Under the pieces are notes generated by a model that did no database searches, had not been told where the DNA came from, and was given only the letters and a program-made list of their open reading frames with translations. DNA of 64,000 bases from Rhynchopus sp. YZ270_cl-10 (taxonomy: Eukaryota). A program made the translations under genes and the position numbers. Shown here piece by piece: positions 10,649 to 22,059 of this stretch. The number at the start of each line of letters is the position of its first letter. The stretch's first letter is position 1. Location of the stretch: assembly GCA_964035575.1 (NCBI GenBank), contig OZ037840.1, forward strand, positions 558,001 to 622,000. Reading direction: 5' to 3'.

Positions 10649-12715
10649 ATGCAGTGGCCACGTTGGGTGGAGGGGGCGCTGACGCTGGATGGCACACTTG
10701 ACGCAAAGGAGAGGAGGAAGCGGGAGCTGTTCTTCACGATGAACCTGGCGTTGTTTGGGTTTATGTTGTTGCTGACGCCGATGTCGTTCCGGCATGCGGG
10801 CCTGCGGGTGTGGACGATAGTAACGATGGTCGTCGCGTCGTTGATGGGGTTCACGTTGATATTGTGCAAGGCGAGGCTCTCGACACACATCATTGTGTGT
10901 GTGGCGTACACCTACTTTGCATGCTTTGTGTTGTCTGATCTCCTAGGACGTTGTCATGGTGATATGCTCTGGTCGCCCTTTGTGCTGGTAGTCGACCTCC
11001 TGCTTGTGATGCAGGTGCCTGCACGGTACACCGGGGGGATAGTGTGCGCTGCGCTTGTGTGGTTGACGGTTATGTGCGTAGAGGAGTACCTTAGGTTTGG
11101 CTTGATGGATCTGCCCGGGCTAGCGCCGCAGGAAGGGGAGATGGGGAGGAAAAAGCATTTTGCAGATCTGTCGGACTGCGCAGTGCCGCCGTGCGAGAGG
11201 AATACGACCACGGGGACTCTGATTGCGGCGTGTGTGTTCGTGACAGACTTCATTGCGACGAGAGGCTTCGCGCGGTCCAGTATGAAGGAGCAGGCAGCAA
11301 TGCAGAGGACAATTAGTACTGTGCAGGAGATTGCGAGTCTGCTCGCAAGGTACGATGTGGAGGGTGTGGCGGAGATGCTGAAGGTGCAAAGGGACGAGCT
11401 CCCAGAGGAGATGCACGCAACACTGCAGAGGATGGAGGAGAACCTGCGGAAGTACCGTCCCTACCTCCCCGCAGCGCTGTTTGAGGAGGAGGGTGGTGCG
11501 CCAAGCGCGTCTGTGCCGCCACCTGTGCTTGAGAATATGGGAACGATTGTCTTCACAGATATCTGCAGGTCGACGTCGATCTGGGAGTGTGCGCCAGAAG
11601 GGATGTGTGCTGCGCTGAAGATCCACAACGCTGTGCTGCGTGAGGTGATGCAGGTGTTTGGTGGGTACGAAGTGAAAACAATCGGCGACGCCTTCATGGT
11701 TGCCTTCGCAACAACAGCTGACGGTGTGAACTTTGGACTGCAGGTGCAGGAACGTCTTCGTGAAGCAAACTGGCCTGCGTCGCTGCTTGAGGAGGCACCG
11801 ATCTGTGCTGAACAGGGCTCACTTTGGGGTGGACTGACTGTGCGCATTGGTGTCAACACCGGCCCTGTGACTGTGGAGCAGAACACACTGACGGGACGGA
11901 CAGACTACTTTGGACACACTGTGAACGTTGCGTCACGTCTTGAGAGCACATGCACGCCAGGAGCTGTAGCTGTGCCTTGTGACCTGTGGACTTCTGCCTG
12001 TGGGTCGTGCAGTGCTGTTGCTGGTGAGGCTGAAGCGCTTGACTTGAAGGGTGTGTCTGGACAGACGTTTGTGCGTTGCTTGTTGCCTCTGTCACTTGCG
12101 GGGCGAGCACACAACCCTCTTTTCCCTCCCGACAGATCGTCGCAGTCACAAGCAATCTTGACATCCGCGTCCAGCTCAATGTCGTCTGTTTGTTCCGAGG
12201 GTGGGGCAAAATTTGTTCGTCAGGTGACCGGCACTGTCGGTGTTGTGGACATTGAAGTGGGTGACGAATCTGCCCTGAAAGCACTGCACACAATGAGCGC
12301 AGGACTTGCGACACTCACGATTACACTGGACCAGAGCGGTGGGAGCCTGGTGACACTGCTTGGGAGCTGTGTGTGTGTTGGGTGGAACGTGACCCGTTCG
12401 GCACCTGCACACATGGAGAACGCGGTACGGTTTGCACAACGGATGATGGCGAAGACTGCGTACTTCAAGGGTGCTGGTGTTGTGAGTGGTCCTGTGCAGC
12501 ATGGGGACATTGGCAGCCACAAACAACGCTTTGTGACAGTGTTGGGGCACATTGTGCGACGGAGCTGGACGCTGTGTGAAGAAGCTGTGCGTGAGGGGGG
12601 CACATGCCTTTACGAACCCGACAGCACAACACTTCCATCTGCACTTGAAGACACCCTTGTGCAACACAAGGGTGGTGGCTACAGAGTGGTTTGCGACAGC
12701 AGGGACAAGGTCTAA
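10649..12715 (+). CDS. Multi-TM class III adenylyl cyclase with a C-terminal degenerate second cyclase domain
   Basis: About 5-6 TM helices, then a coil. Intact catalytic motifs IVFTD, YEVKTIGDAFM, VRIGVNTG and DYFGHTVNVASRLES (K/D pair typical of ATP specificity). A second cyclase-like domain follows (GGSLVTLLGS..GWN, GVVSGPVQHGDIG..RFVTVLG). Confidence 0.92.
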   Translation: MQWPRWVEGALTLDGTLDAKERRKRELFFTMNLALFGFMLLLTPMSFRHAGLRVWTIVTMVVASLMGFTLILCKARLSTHIIVCVAYTYFACFVLSDLLGRCHGDMLWSPFVLVVDLLLVMQVPARYTGGIVCAALVWLTVMCVEEYLRFGLMDLPGLAPQEGEMGRKKHFADLSDCAVPPCERNTTTGTLIAACVFVTDFIATRGFARSSMKEQAAMQRTISTVQEIASLLARYDVEGVAEMLKVQRDELPEEMHATLQRMEENLRKYRPYLPAALFEEEGGAPSASVPPPVLENMGTIVFTDICRSTSIWECAPEGMCAALKIHNAVLREVMQVFGGYEVKTIGDAFMVAFATTADGVNFGLQVQERLREANWPASLLEEAPICAEQGSLWGGLTVRIGVNTGPVTVEQNTLTGRTDYFGHTVNVASRLESTCTPGAVAVPCDLWTSACGSCSAVAGEAEALDLKGVSGQTFVRCLLPLSLAGRAHNPLFPPDRSSQSQAILTSASSSMSSVCSEGGAKFVRQVTGTVGVVDIEVGDESALKALHTMSAGLATLTITLDQSGGSLVTLLGSCVCVGWNVTRSAPAHMENAVRFAQRMMAKTAYFKGAGVVSGPVQHGDIGSHKQRFVTVLGHIVRRSWTLCEEAVREGGTCLYEPDSTTLPSALEDTLVQHKGGGYRVVCDSRDKV

Positions 12716-13060
12716 TCAGTGAGACTTTGATCGGAGTTCAGAAGTCACGACATTCATCAGCTGGCGACGTGCGTTCTTCTTGCCTCCTGCAGCTCAGGTC
12801 GTCTTTTCCAAGCATCCTGGGTTCACTTTTCTTTGCCGTTGCTTAAACTGCCTGACCTCCATCAGGGCCACAAGTTAACACTTTGTGGCAGTTCCTCGCG
12901 ACGCGAGATGTGTCCAGGGTTAGGGATGCCTTCAGTAGGCTATTATGCATGAGGTGCTTTGTTTTCTCCCCATTCCTGTCCCCATGTCCCCGTCCCCTGA
13001 TGTTCCACCAACCACACAGACTCAAACACTTTGTACTAACGCAAAACCAAACAACACAAG

Positions 13061-14293
13061 ATGCGTGTCGCCTCGTCGCTGCTGCTGCTGCTTGCCGGGA
13101 GTGCGTCTGCCGTTGACAACGGGATAGGTCTTCTGCCCCCTATGGGGTGGCGCTCGTGGAACTGCTACCATGCCAAGGTGAACCAGACACTGATGGAGGG
13201 TGTCATGGATGCAGTGTCTGTTCGCAAGCACTCCGTTGACGGGAAGCTCACCAGCATTGCGGACCTCGGGTTCGTGAACATTGGTCTTGACGACAACTGG
13301 CAGGCGTGTGGCACTGGGCTGAACGGCTCCTTCCACGACGCTGACGGCATCCCGCTCATCAACAAGGCGACGTTCCCCGACATGAAGGCGATGACGGACC
13401 ACGGACACAGCAAGAACCTGAAGGTGGGGTGGTACATGAACAACTGCATCTGTGCCGAGAAGAAGTTCACAGGTGCGAGCTACATCGAGAAGCACATGGA
13501 GCAGTCTGCGAAGGCAGTTGCGGAGTACGGCTTCGACGGTGTGAAGCTGGACGGGTGTGGACAGTTCCGGAACCTGACACAGTGGGCACAGCTGCTGAAC
13601 GCAACAGGACGCCCGATCATGATTGAGAACTGCCACTGGGGAGGCACCGTGCCTGGGCAGACGACAGGAGACGCGCCCTGCAAGGGTGACTCTGGTGTGT
13701 CGGACTGTGCGTACAACTTCTTCCGCTCCTCCACAGACATTCAAAGCAGCTGGAGAAGCATCTTCAGCAACCTGCAGACGACAACAAAGTTCCAGGGCAA
13801 CCCTCCCCTCTCCCGCCCAGGCACATGGGCGTACCCCGACATGCTTGAGGTGGGGAACCTTGCGAGCTACGCAGAGGACCGCTCGCACTTCTCTGCTTGG
13901 GTGATCACCTCGAGCCCGCTCATCCTTGGCTTTGACGTGACGAACGACACGACTGTGGGCCGTGTGTGGGACATCATCAGCAACAAGGAGGTGCTGTCTG
14001 TGTCGCAGACGTGGGCAGGCCACCCGGGACGTCTTGTGAACGAGAAGCCTGCCGGGTTCCAGGTGTGGGGGAAGATGCTTGGTGACAAGGACCAGGCAGC
14101 ACTGGCCATGAGCAACACTGCCACTGCTGCGACTGTGACGTTCACCTTCACCGACTTTGGGTTTGCGGCAACGGACACTGTGTCTGTGCGTGACCTGTAC
14201 CAGCAGAAGGACCTTGTGAAGGTGGCAGGCCAGTTCACCACCGACTCCATCACAGAGCACGACAGCCGCATGTACCGCTTCACGCTTGCGTAG
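13061..14293 (+). CDS. GH27 alpha-galactosidase-like glycoside hydrolase, copy 1 (secreted)
   Basis: Signal peptide, then DNGIGLLPPMGWRSWN, LDDNWQ, GVKLDG (nucleophile), FRSSTDI (acid/base) and PDMLEVGN. Confidence 0.95.
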   Translation: MRVASSLLLLLAGSASAVDNGIGLLPPMGWRSWNCYHAKVNQTLMEGVMDAVSVRKHSVDGKLTSIADLGFVNIGLDDNWQACGTGLNGSFHDADGIPLINKATFPDMKAMTDHGHSKNLKVGWYMNNCICAEKKFTGASYIEKHMEQSAKAVAEYGFDGVKLDGCGQFRNLTQWAQLLNATGRPIMIENCHWGGTVPGQTTGDAPCKGDSGVSDCAYNFFRSSTDIQSSWRSIFSNLQTTTKFQGNPPLSRPGTWAYPDMLEVGNLASYAEDRSHFSAWVITSSPLILGFDVTNDTTVGRVWDIISNKEVLSVSQTWAGHPGRLVNEKPAGFQVWGKMLGDKDQAALAMSNTATAATVTFTFTDFGFAATDTVSVRDLYQQKDLVKVAGQFTTDSITEHDSRMYRFTLA

Positions 14294-15513
14294 GTGTGGG
14301 TGGTGTGATGTGTGATGTGTGAAGTGGCATGTCCGTGGACGTATTGTGTATTTGTAGGTGAGACTGAGCACGAGAGGCTTGGACTCATCTCACCACGTTT
14401 TCTATTTTCTCTTTTCTTTATGAATTTGCTTTTCAACTCTTACTATTTTATTTTTGTGCACTTGTGAAACTCTCGTCATACATACAGCAGGTACGCTTAT
14501 CAATCCCGCCTAGACAGATGCCTGGTGTTCTACTGCGCATACCCTCCAAGGTTTTGTTAAAGTACTTTGAGTGTATTTCTTATATTCTATTTTTTTTGAT
14601 GCGTGCTCCAGGCACATCCATCTTTGAAGGAGACAGCATAAGTGTGGCCAGAACCCTTTTCTACGCTACTCTCAATGCTGTGTCTTCTCTTGGAAGGGAA
14701 CGTGATCCACTTAGCATTCCTCACTCTATCCTCTTTGTGCCGCATATCCCCTGAGCTGAGTGGCATTTTATTGTTGTCCGTATTTTGGGTGCAACGCACA
14801 AAAAGCCTTCCTAGCCGCCGTATCGAGAGTGTGGCGAGTCACCCTCTCTGTACCAGGCAGGATCCTCCCTCCCCTCCCTCCTCCCCAGCCTATGTCATCT
14901 TGACTTCTTATCGAAGCCGTGCCTTTTACTACCACACATTGGTAGACGAATAGCGCGGGCTATTATTTTTGTGTGTTTTAATCGTACATAGGCGAAGGTG
15001 CCTGCATCAATGGCCACCATTTTGTAAGGTGACTAAGCACTCTCATGAATCTGTCTTTTGTTTAATGTAACGTATCCACTCAGATAGTGCCTCAGGAATG
15101 AAACAAATGGCTCATGCACCACACTACTGTATTGTCGTTGTGTGGTAGCTTAACGCATCTGTCGACGTTCCTTTGTTTTCTTCTGCACGATCTCTTGAGG
15201 CAGAACCCTTGACTATATCCGACCCACCCCCTCAGGCACCCCTGTACGCGGAAGTACTCCCATTTGTGCAGATGGCACAGCACCACAGCAGGCTTATGTG
15301 CATCTGGGAATGTTTTCGTTTTAGCTCTCTTCCTGAAAATGAAATAAAATAAGAAAACAAATAGTGTGCTTATGTGTCATGTGTGAGTTCAACAGCATCC
15401 CCTGCCCCCGCAGGTTCTTATATTCTTTGCTATTTCCTTCTCTCCCCCTGACACATCCACAACACGTGTTGCAGACAAAAAACAACACAAAAAACCAAAC
15501 CAAACGGAACAAG

Positions 15514-16746
15514 ATGCGTGTCGCCTCGTCGCTGCTGCTGCTGCTTGCCGGGAGTGCGTCTGCCGTTGACAACGGGATAGGTCTTCTGCCCCCTATGGGG
15601 TGGCGCTCGTGGAACTGCTACCACGGCAACGTGAACCAGACCCTGATGGAGGGTGTCATGGATGCAGTGTCTGTTCGCAAGCACTCCGTTGACGGGAAGC
15701 TCACCAGCATTGCGGACCTCGGGTTCGTGAACATTGGTCTTGACGACAACTGGCAGGCGTGTGGCACTGGGCTGAACGGCTCCTTCCACGACGCTGACGG
15801 CATCCCGCTCATCAACAAGGCGACGTTCCCCGACATGAAGGCGATGACGGACCACGGACACAGCAAGAACCTGAAGGTGGGGTGGTACATGAACAACTGC
15901 ATCTGTGCCGAGAAGAAGTTCACAGGTGCGAGCTACATCGAGAAGCACATGGAGCAGTCTGCGAAGGCAGTTGCGGAGTACGGCTTCGACGGTGTGAAGC
16001 TGGACGGGTGTGGACAGTTCCGGAACCTGACACAGTGGGCACAGCTGCTGAACGCAACAGGACGCCCGATCATGATTGAGAACTGCCACTGGGGAGGCAC
16101 CGTGCCTGGGCAGACGACAGGAGACGCGCCCTGCAAGGGTGACTCTGGTGTGTCGGACTGTGCGTACAACTTCTTCCGCACGTCTGGTGACATCAACAAC
16201 CACTGGGACAGCATGTACAAGAACCTGCAGACGACAACAAAGTTCCAGGGCAACCCTCCCCTCTCCCGCCCAGGCACATGGGCGTACCCCGACATGCTTG
16301 AGGTGGGGAACCTTGCGAGCTACGCAGAGGACCGCTCGCACTTCTCTGCTTGGGTGATCACCTCGAGCCCTCTCATCCTTGGCTTTGACGTGACGAACGA
16401 CACGACTGTGGGCCGTGTGTGGGACATCATCAGCAACAAGGAGGTGCTGTCTGTGTCGCAGACGTGGGCAGGCCACCCGGGACGTCTTGTGAACGAGAAG
16501 CCTGCCGGGTTCCAGGTGTGGGGGAAGATGCTTGGTGACAAGGACCAGGCAGCACTGGCCATGAGCAACACTGCCACTGCTGCAACTGTGACGTTCACCT
16601 TCACCGACTTTGGGTTTGCGGCAACGGACACTGTGTCTGTGCGTGACCTGTACCAGCAGAAGGACCTTGTGAAGGTGGCAGGCCAGTTCACCACCGACTC
16701 CATCACAGAGCACGACAGCCGCATGTACCGCTTCACGCTTGCGTAG
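15514..16746 (+). CDS. GH27 alpha-galactosidase-like glycoside hydrolase, copy 2 (secreted)
   Basis: Near-identical to copy 1, with FRTSGDI at the acid/base site. The start is assigned by homology to copy 1. Confidence 0.95.
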   Translation: MRVASSLLLLLAGSASAVDNGIGLLPPMGWRSWNCYHGNVNQTLMEGVMDAVSVRKHSVDGKLTSIADLGFVNIGLDDNWQACGTGLNGSFHDADGIPLINKATFPDMKAMTDHGHSKNLKVGWYMNNCICAEKKFTGASYIEKHMEQSAKAVAEYGFDGVKLDGCGQFRNLTQWAQLLNATGRPIMIENCHWGGTVPGQTTGDAPCKGDSGVSDCAYNFFRTSGDINNHWDSMYKNLQTTTKFQGNPPLSRPGTWAYPDMLEVGNLASYAEDRSHFSAWVITSSPLILGFDVTNDTTVGRVWDIISNKEVLSVSQTWAGHPGRLVNEKPAGFQVWGKMLGDKDQAALAMSNTATAATVTFTFTDFGFAATDTVSVRDLYQQKDLVKVAGQFTTDSITEHDSRMYRFTLA

Positions 16747-17662
16747 GTGGGACAGCACATCGGTGGGCAGTTTGTTGTGTTGACAGCACGGACAATCACC
16801 ACAGCCATATCGGCTTTTGTTAATTCCCGTCTTTGACGCACAAACCAAACTCCGTCACTTCCCCGATGCACGAAGTATCCCTTCCCTATTTTCCACTACA
16901 ACGTTTACCTATTTTCCTCTCTCCCCCCCCCTTTTTTTGCACGTGTTTTTTTTTTCCCTTCTTTGTTTTTATTTTTGTAAAACACTCGTATAATTTGTGG
17001 ACAACGTGTGTCTCGTTTGTGAAAGGACCAGCTCTGGAGTCTTTTCGTGAACACAGATTCACCATTTTTTTTTTTTTTTTTTTTTTTGTGTGTGCCAGCA
17101 TGTGTGTCAAAATCGTGGCTTGCTATCTAGAGATAGTAGTCAATAGTCAAACAATTTTGTGTGTGTGTGTGTGTGTCAGCATATTTACGATGTCTCGTAC
17201 ACATCGGATAAGCTTTTATCTTTTATCTTTTTTCTCTTCCCCTCCTCATCTGACTGAGTGAAAGCGGGCGGTGAGCATACCTCACCTCGAAAACCCCTTT
17301 TCTAGTTCCAGTTTTTTTTTTCGATTTTTACTCCACTTTTCTCCTCTCCCATGTCCCTTCTGGTGCCTTTTTTTTCGTACTGTTTACTCCTCCTATTTGC
17401 TCTCTTTTAAGGATCCTGTGAAGAAAAACCGTGACTTGCTATTCTAGTGATAGTAGTCAAATAATTAAGCAATTTTTTTTTTGTGTCGCGTTTACTTTTG
17501 ATGACAATGCAAAACCAAACCAAACCCATGCAAAATGTATTTAGTGCGTCCGCTGATTTTCGGCGAGACATTTTGCACTGTCAGCTTCTCTTTAATAAGC
17601 AGAAGTGCACCAGAAGACGCGGCTCGGGAAGGGTAGGTCACAGTACACAAAGAGACAGAAAA

Positions 17663-18416
17663 AATAAATATCTTTTTCTCAACTGAGGAAAAGTAGCTCT
17701 GAGCAAACCCCGTGGAAGAAGTGTGAGGATAAATTCACTTTTCCTCACACATAGCCACTTTTCCTCACGCAATTTGGAAAAGTAGCAATAATTTTTGGCT
17801 GGGGTTTGTGTAGAAAAAAGCCTATGTGTGAGGCTTTTTTTGGTGTGAGGAAAAGTAGAGGGGGGGTCGAAAAAAAAATTGTGTGGGAGAGTGGGTCATT
17901 TTGATATCTCTGCTTCACATTTTGTCACCGTGACCAACATGACCATTTTTTGGTCCATTTTTTCGGCCAAAAATTTGGTACCACAGGGCCATATACTGGG
18001 ATTATCAATCTTTTGAAAATACGGCCTGGTTCGGGCCAAAATGTCCCATGGGGCCCATAGTAGCCTTACTGGGTGTCGAGCAGAGCCAATCTTAATAGTG
18101 AAATTCGATTTTCTGTGAAAAACATTCCCACCAAAAAATCGTCTTTTTTTTCTGCATATTCACCCCACACTTCTTCCACGGGGTTTGCTAGAGCTACTTT
18201 TCCTTCAGTTGAGAAAACTATTATATTCTGGTGAAATATTCACTTTCCCTCCACTCGTGCCCTTTCAGAAACTCGTGGCTGACTTTATCCCACTCGCTTC
18301 GCTCGTGAGATAAAGTCTATTACCCCACTCGCTTCGCTCGTGGGGTAAAATGCCACTCGTTTCTGAAAGGTACACTCGTGTGAGGAAAAGTGAATATTTC
18401 CTCAGACGAATAAATA
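17663..18416. mobile_element. Composite inverted-repeat/palindromic non-autonomous element (Crypton-like architecture?)
   Basis: ~50-bp IR at 17674-17725/18166-18217, then a palindrome at 18233-18400 with two hairpins looped by CTCGCTTCGCTCG. AATAAATA is a direct repeat at both ends. Confidence 0.6.
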
Positions 18417-20533
18417 GCTATTTTTTGTTGGTTGGCAGGGTACTCTCGCCAACACCGAACAGCGCCGCTTTGTGATGTTGGCAATGTACATCACAACAGA
18501 CCGTGCAGACAGACTCCACACGATGGTGGAATTAAAAGAATTGACTTGTGATTTCAACAGTTGGCTTACCCTGTCTTACAGCGGTGAATCCGCAAATGAA
18601 ACTACAAGTAAAGTTATTTCCTTCCCAGTCGTGCACTACTTCACCCCCATCTCCTAGTTCTGCACCCTCTGATTCTCCTCTGTTTGTTGCAGGATGTGTA
18701 CGAGGAAGTTGAACCACACATCTCCATTCTCCCCCAAAATAGTTGCCATTTTTTTGTTGTAAATTTTCAAGGTGTCCAATATTCGATGTATGTATGTGTA
18801 CGAAAGGCACGTTCATCTTGTAAAATTCTTTGTTTTTTTTGTTTCCCTTTTTTTTGAAACGTGGGGTTTTCTTTGTATTCCTATTTTTCCAAAAAAAAAA
18901 AAAAGGGCAAAAGTAAAAGCAAACTCACATTGTGGAAACAATCCTCTAATCCTCTCTGAGGGTGTGTCCACTCTTTGTTTACAAACCAAAATTTTCTACA
19001 AAACGACATAGTAGCTGCAACCTCGGCATACCCCGAAGGCATACGTACTCGCCTTGGGGGTATGCCTAAGACAAGCTTTTTGTACTATATTAAATAAAAC
19101 AAAAACGGCACAAAAACAAAAAAAACGTATTTCTTCTTTGCCTTGTCAAAAAAAAAAAAAAAAAAAATACACCCCCCAGTTCAGGGAAGTTCCTAAGTGG
19201 GACCGAGAACATGAAATTCTGGATTTTAGTTTTTTTTTCCTTTTTTTTTTTCCTTTTTTTCCTTAGGGGGCTTTCTTGTGGTTTCTGGTGGGTTTCACTG
19301 TAGGTGACACACCACCAGTGTGGTGAAATGGTCGAAACTCTCAAAAGCAAGAGTTTTCAGGGGGCAAGAAAAAAAAATTGACAACAAAATCCTTCACTGT
19401 CCAGGGCTGTACCCCCAATTTTTTTTTTGCCTGCGGCGCCATTTTTCATTTTTTGCTCTGCAAAAAAGGGTTCGTTGGAAGCTAGATTTTTACACTGTAC
19501 TCAAATTTTTTTGCCTGCGGCGCCATTTATATTATTTTTTGCTCCGCAAAAAGAGAAGTGCAACGCCTCACCGTTCATCGGCGGAAGCACTGGTTCCACG
19601 GGTTATCGAACCCCAGAGAGCACTTCATTGGCATGCACGCGGTTACCGCGAGGGAGCGTGTATGCAGGTACAAAATCACTGCCCCATCCAAATAATATTC
19701 CCAACGTCTTTGGGGATCCCCTTGCATTTTGCAGCCAAAAATGCAACTAGACCAAAGCAAAAAGTTCCGCGCGAGTGTAGCGCGCCCGGGTTTGGGACCC
19801 CTTTTTGAATTTCGAGGGGCGGTTAAAGTGGGCCCAGAATCACAGTTCTGACACTCATTTAGCATTGTGAGCAACTCACTAGTGGTCGTAACCAAAATTT
19901 GTATCAATCAAGAACTTGTCCATTTTCTCGAAATGACCCCACTACAGTGAGGGTAGAGCTCGGAAAGCCCGAAAAAGGGCAAAAAACCCCACCCAAAAAA
20001 AGGAAAAAAACGGGAACATAAATCCAGAATTTTGCTGTTTTTTCCGAGAACAAGGAACAACCCTGCCCCAGTTTTAGCACCTGACGGGGGCTGGCTTTTC
20101 CACATTGTAGCTTTCCCCACGAAGCGGCGCTGGGAAAGGACCCCCAACCCAAACCTGTTCAGCTCAAGGCAGTCATGATCCTGAGTTCTAGCGATCCCCA
20201 TTCGTTGATTGAGGGGTGGAAGCGGGAGGAGGATGTATCAGCGGTTTCCACAGAAAACGTGAACAGGGGTGAGCGGGTCACGTGGATTGCAACGGAGTAC
20301 ACATTGTCAAAGTTTTCAAAATGCACAAAAGTTACTCTTCTTCCATTCTCTTTGCTCTCTTTTTTAAGGATCCTGTTGAACAAAAACCTATCTGTGATCG
20401 TAGTCTTTCATGACACAAAATGCCCTCTTCCAAAACCATTCAAGGAAAAGCCACAGACACACACACCCCCCTTTCCCCCTATCCCCTCCCCCCCCCCCCT
20501 CCCCCTTTGCTCTGTCAACACCACTCACGCCAT

Positions 20534-21665
20534 ATGACCAGCCGCGATTCCTATGCGGCTGACGCAGCCTCGACAGAGAGCTACCTTTATAAGGTGCTCA
20601 TCGTCGGCAATGCGGGTGTAGGCAAGACCAGCCTGGTGCGCCGCTACTGCGAGAACCTGTACTGTGTGAACTACAAGGCGACCTTGGGGGTGGAGTTTAA
20701 CAATAAACGCGTTCTCTGTGGCAATGCGGATATTCGCTTGCAGCTCTGGGACATTGCGGGGCAAGAGCTTTTTGGGCATATGACTAGAGTGTTTTATAAA
20801 GGCGCAGTGGGCGCTGCTGTGGTGTGTGATGCGTCGGATCATCGGTCCATCCTAGACGCAAAGCTGTGGAAGGAGGACATAGATAAAAAGGTGCAGCTGC
20901 CGTGGGCGTCTCCGATTCCGTGTTTGCTCATTGCGAATAAGTTGGATCTAGGCCCGCCAGCGACAGGAGAGGACATCCCCTCGCTAGCGCAGTTTGCAGC
21001 AGACAACGGCTTTGCGGGGCTAGCGGAAGTGTCTGCGAAGGACGGAACCAATGTGTCGGATGCGTTCAATTCGCTTGTCCACGTCATCACAAAGCTCGCG
21101 GATGCACGCCCAACACTCGATCCAGTCCAAGAAAATGTGATTAATGTATGTTCAGGAGAAGGGAGGAAGGGGGGGGGGGAAAGGGGAAAGGGGGAATGAT
21201 GGGAGCGAAAGAGAGAGAGGGAGAACAGACTATTGTTGAGTTGGTTTTTTTTTGCAGATAACGAGAGATGAAATATGTTCCCTGCAAAATATTTTTTTAA
21301 AACCCCGAGAGGAACAGCCAATTTGTTAAAAGAAGTAATGAATTTTGAGGAAGAACTGCGACGTCGTTTTGTAGGAACGAAAAAAAAAAAATCCTGCACT
21401 AGCAGGTGATTGTCGACACAACAAAAAAATCTATAGTGGAGTTCATCCTCGGGTGTCTACACTAATACAACCAAGTTTTCAAAAAAAAAACTAGAAAAAC
21501 TGGCTTCAAATAAAACAACCAGACCACTACACACTTTATGGGTTATTCTTCCGAATGCCGAGAACGCAGCACCCAAAAATATCATACCACACCACCACCA
21601 CCACCACCACCACACAGCTCAACGGGATGAAGGGAACGCAACGCCGTGTACTGTGCTGCAACTGA
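20534..21665 (+). CDS. Rab32/Rab38/Rab29-like small GTPase; exons 20534-21145 and 21618-21665
   Basis: GNAGVGKTS, YKATLGVEF, WDIAGQE (Rab32/38/29 signature), NKLD and EVSAK. A phase-0 GTATG...CACACAG intron (21146-21617) adds LNGMKGTQRRVLCCN*, giving a prenylation motif. Confidence 0.9.
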
Positions 21666-22059
21666 GCCAACTCTCTGGAAAACCTATCCGCCTCGCCTAC
21701 CAAAGCTCCTCCTGCAGCACACTTAACACACACACCTCTGCACTGCTCCACATGCCCACACATACCCCCCTGCTCTGTTCTGTACCAACACTGACATGGA
21801 CATAGGGCAATCTTCTGCACATATCTACCAACAATGGTACAGTGGTGACGTTGGAGGAGAAGGAGGAGGAGGAGAATTTTGCAAAGCATACACACTTCAA
21901 CGCACCCTGGGGAAAGACCTATGGAGGGGGAGGGTAGGGAGGGATCGCTGATGGATAGGCCATGTAGGTTGCATATTCCAAAATGGGAGGTTGACGTACG
22001 ATCCTCACTGTTCTTCATATGTGAGGGGTGTCAAAAGAAAACGGCAAGGATATCTCTAA

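Noticed and set aside
13022..16848. Long antisense ORFs over the GH27 genes (and over the cyclase genes)
   Set aside because: Typical antisense shadows of GC3-rich coding sequence, with no domain motifs.
21146..21199. Unspliced Rab C-terminus VCSGEGRKGGGERGKGE
   Set aside because: Low-complexity purine tract with no prenylation motif; better explained as the intron start.
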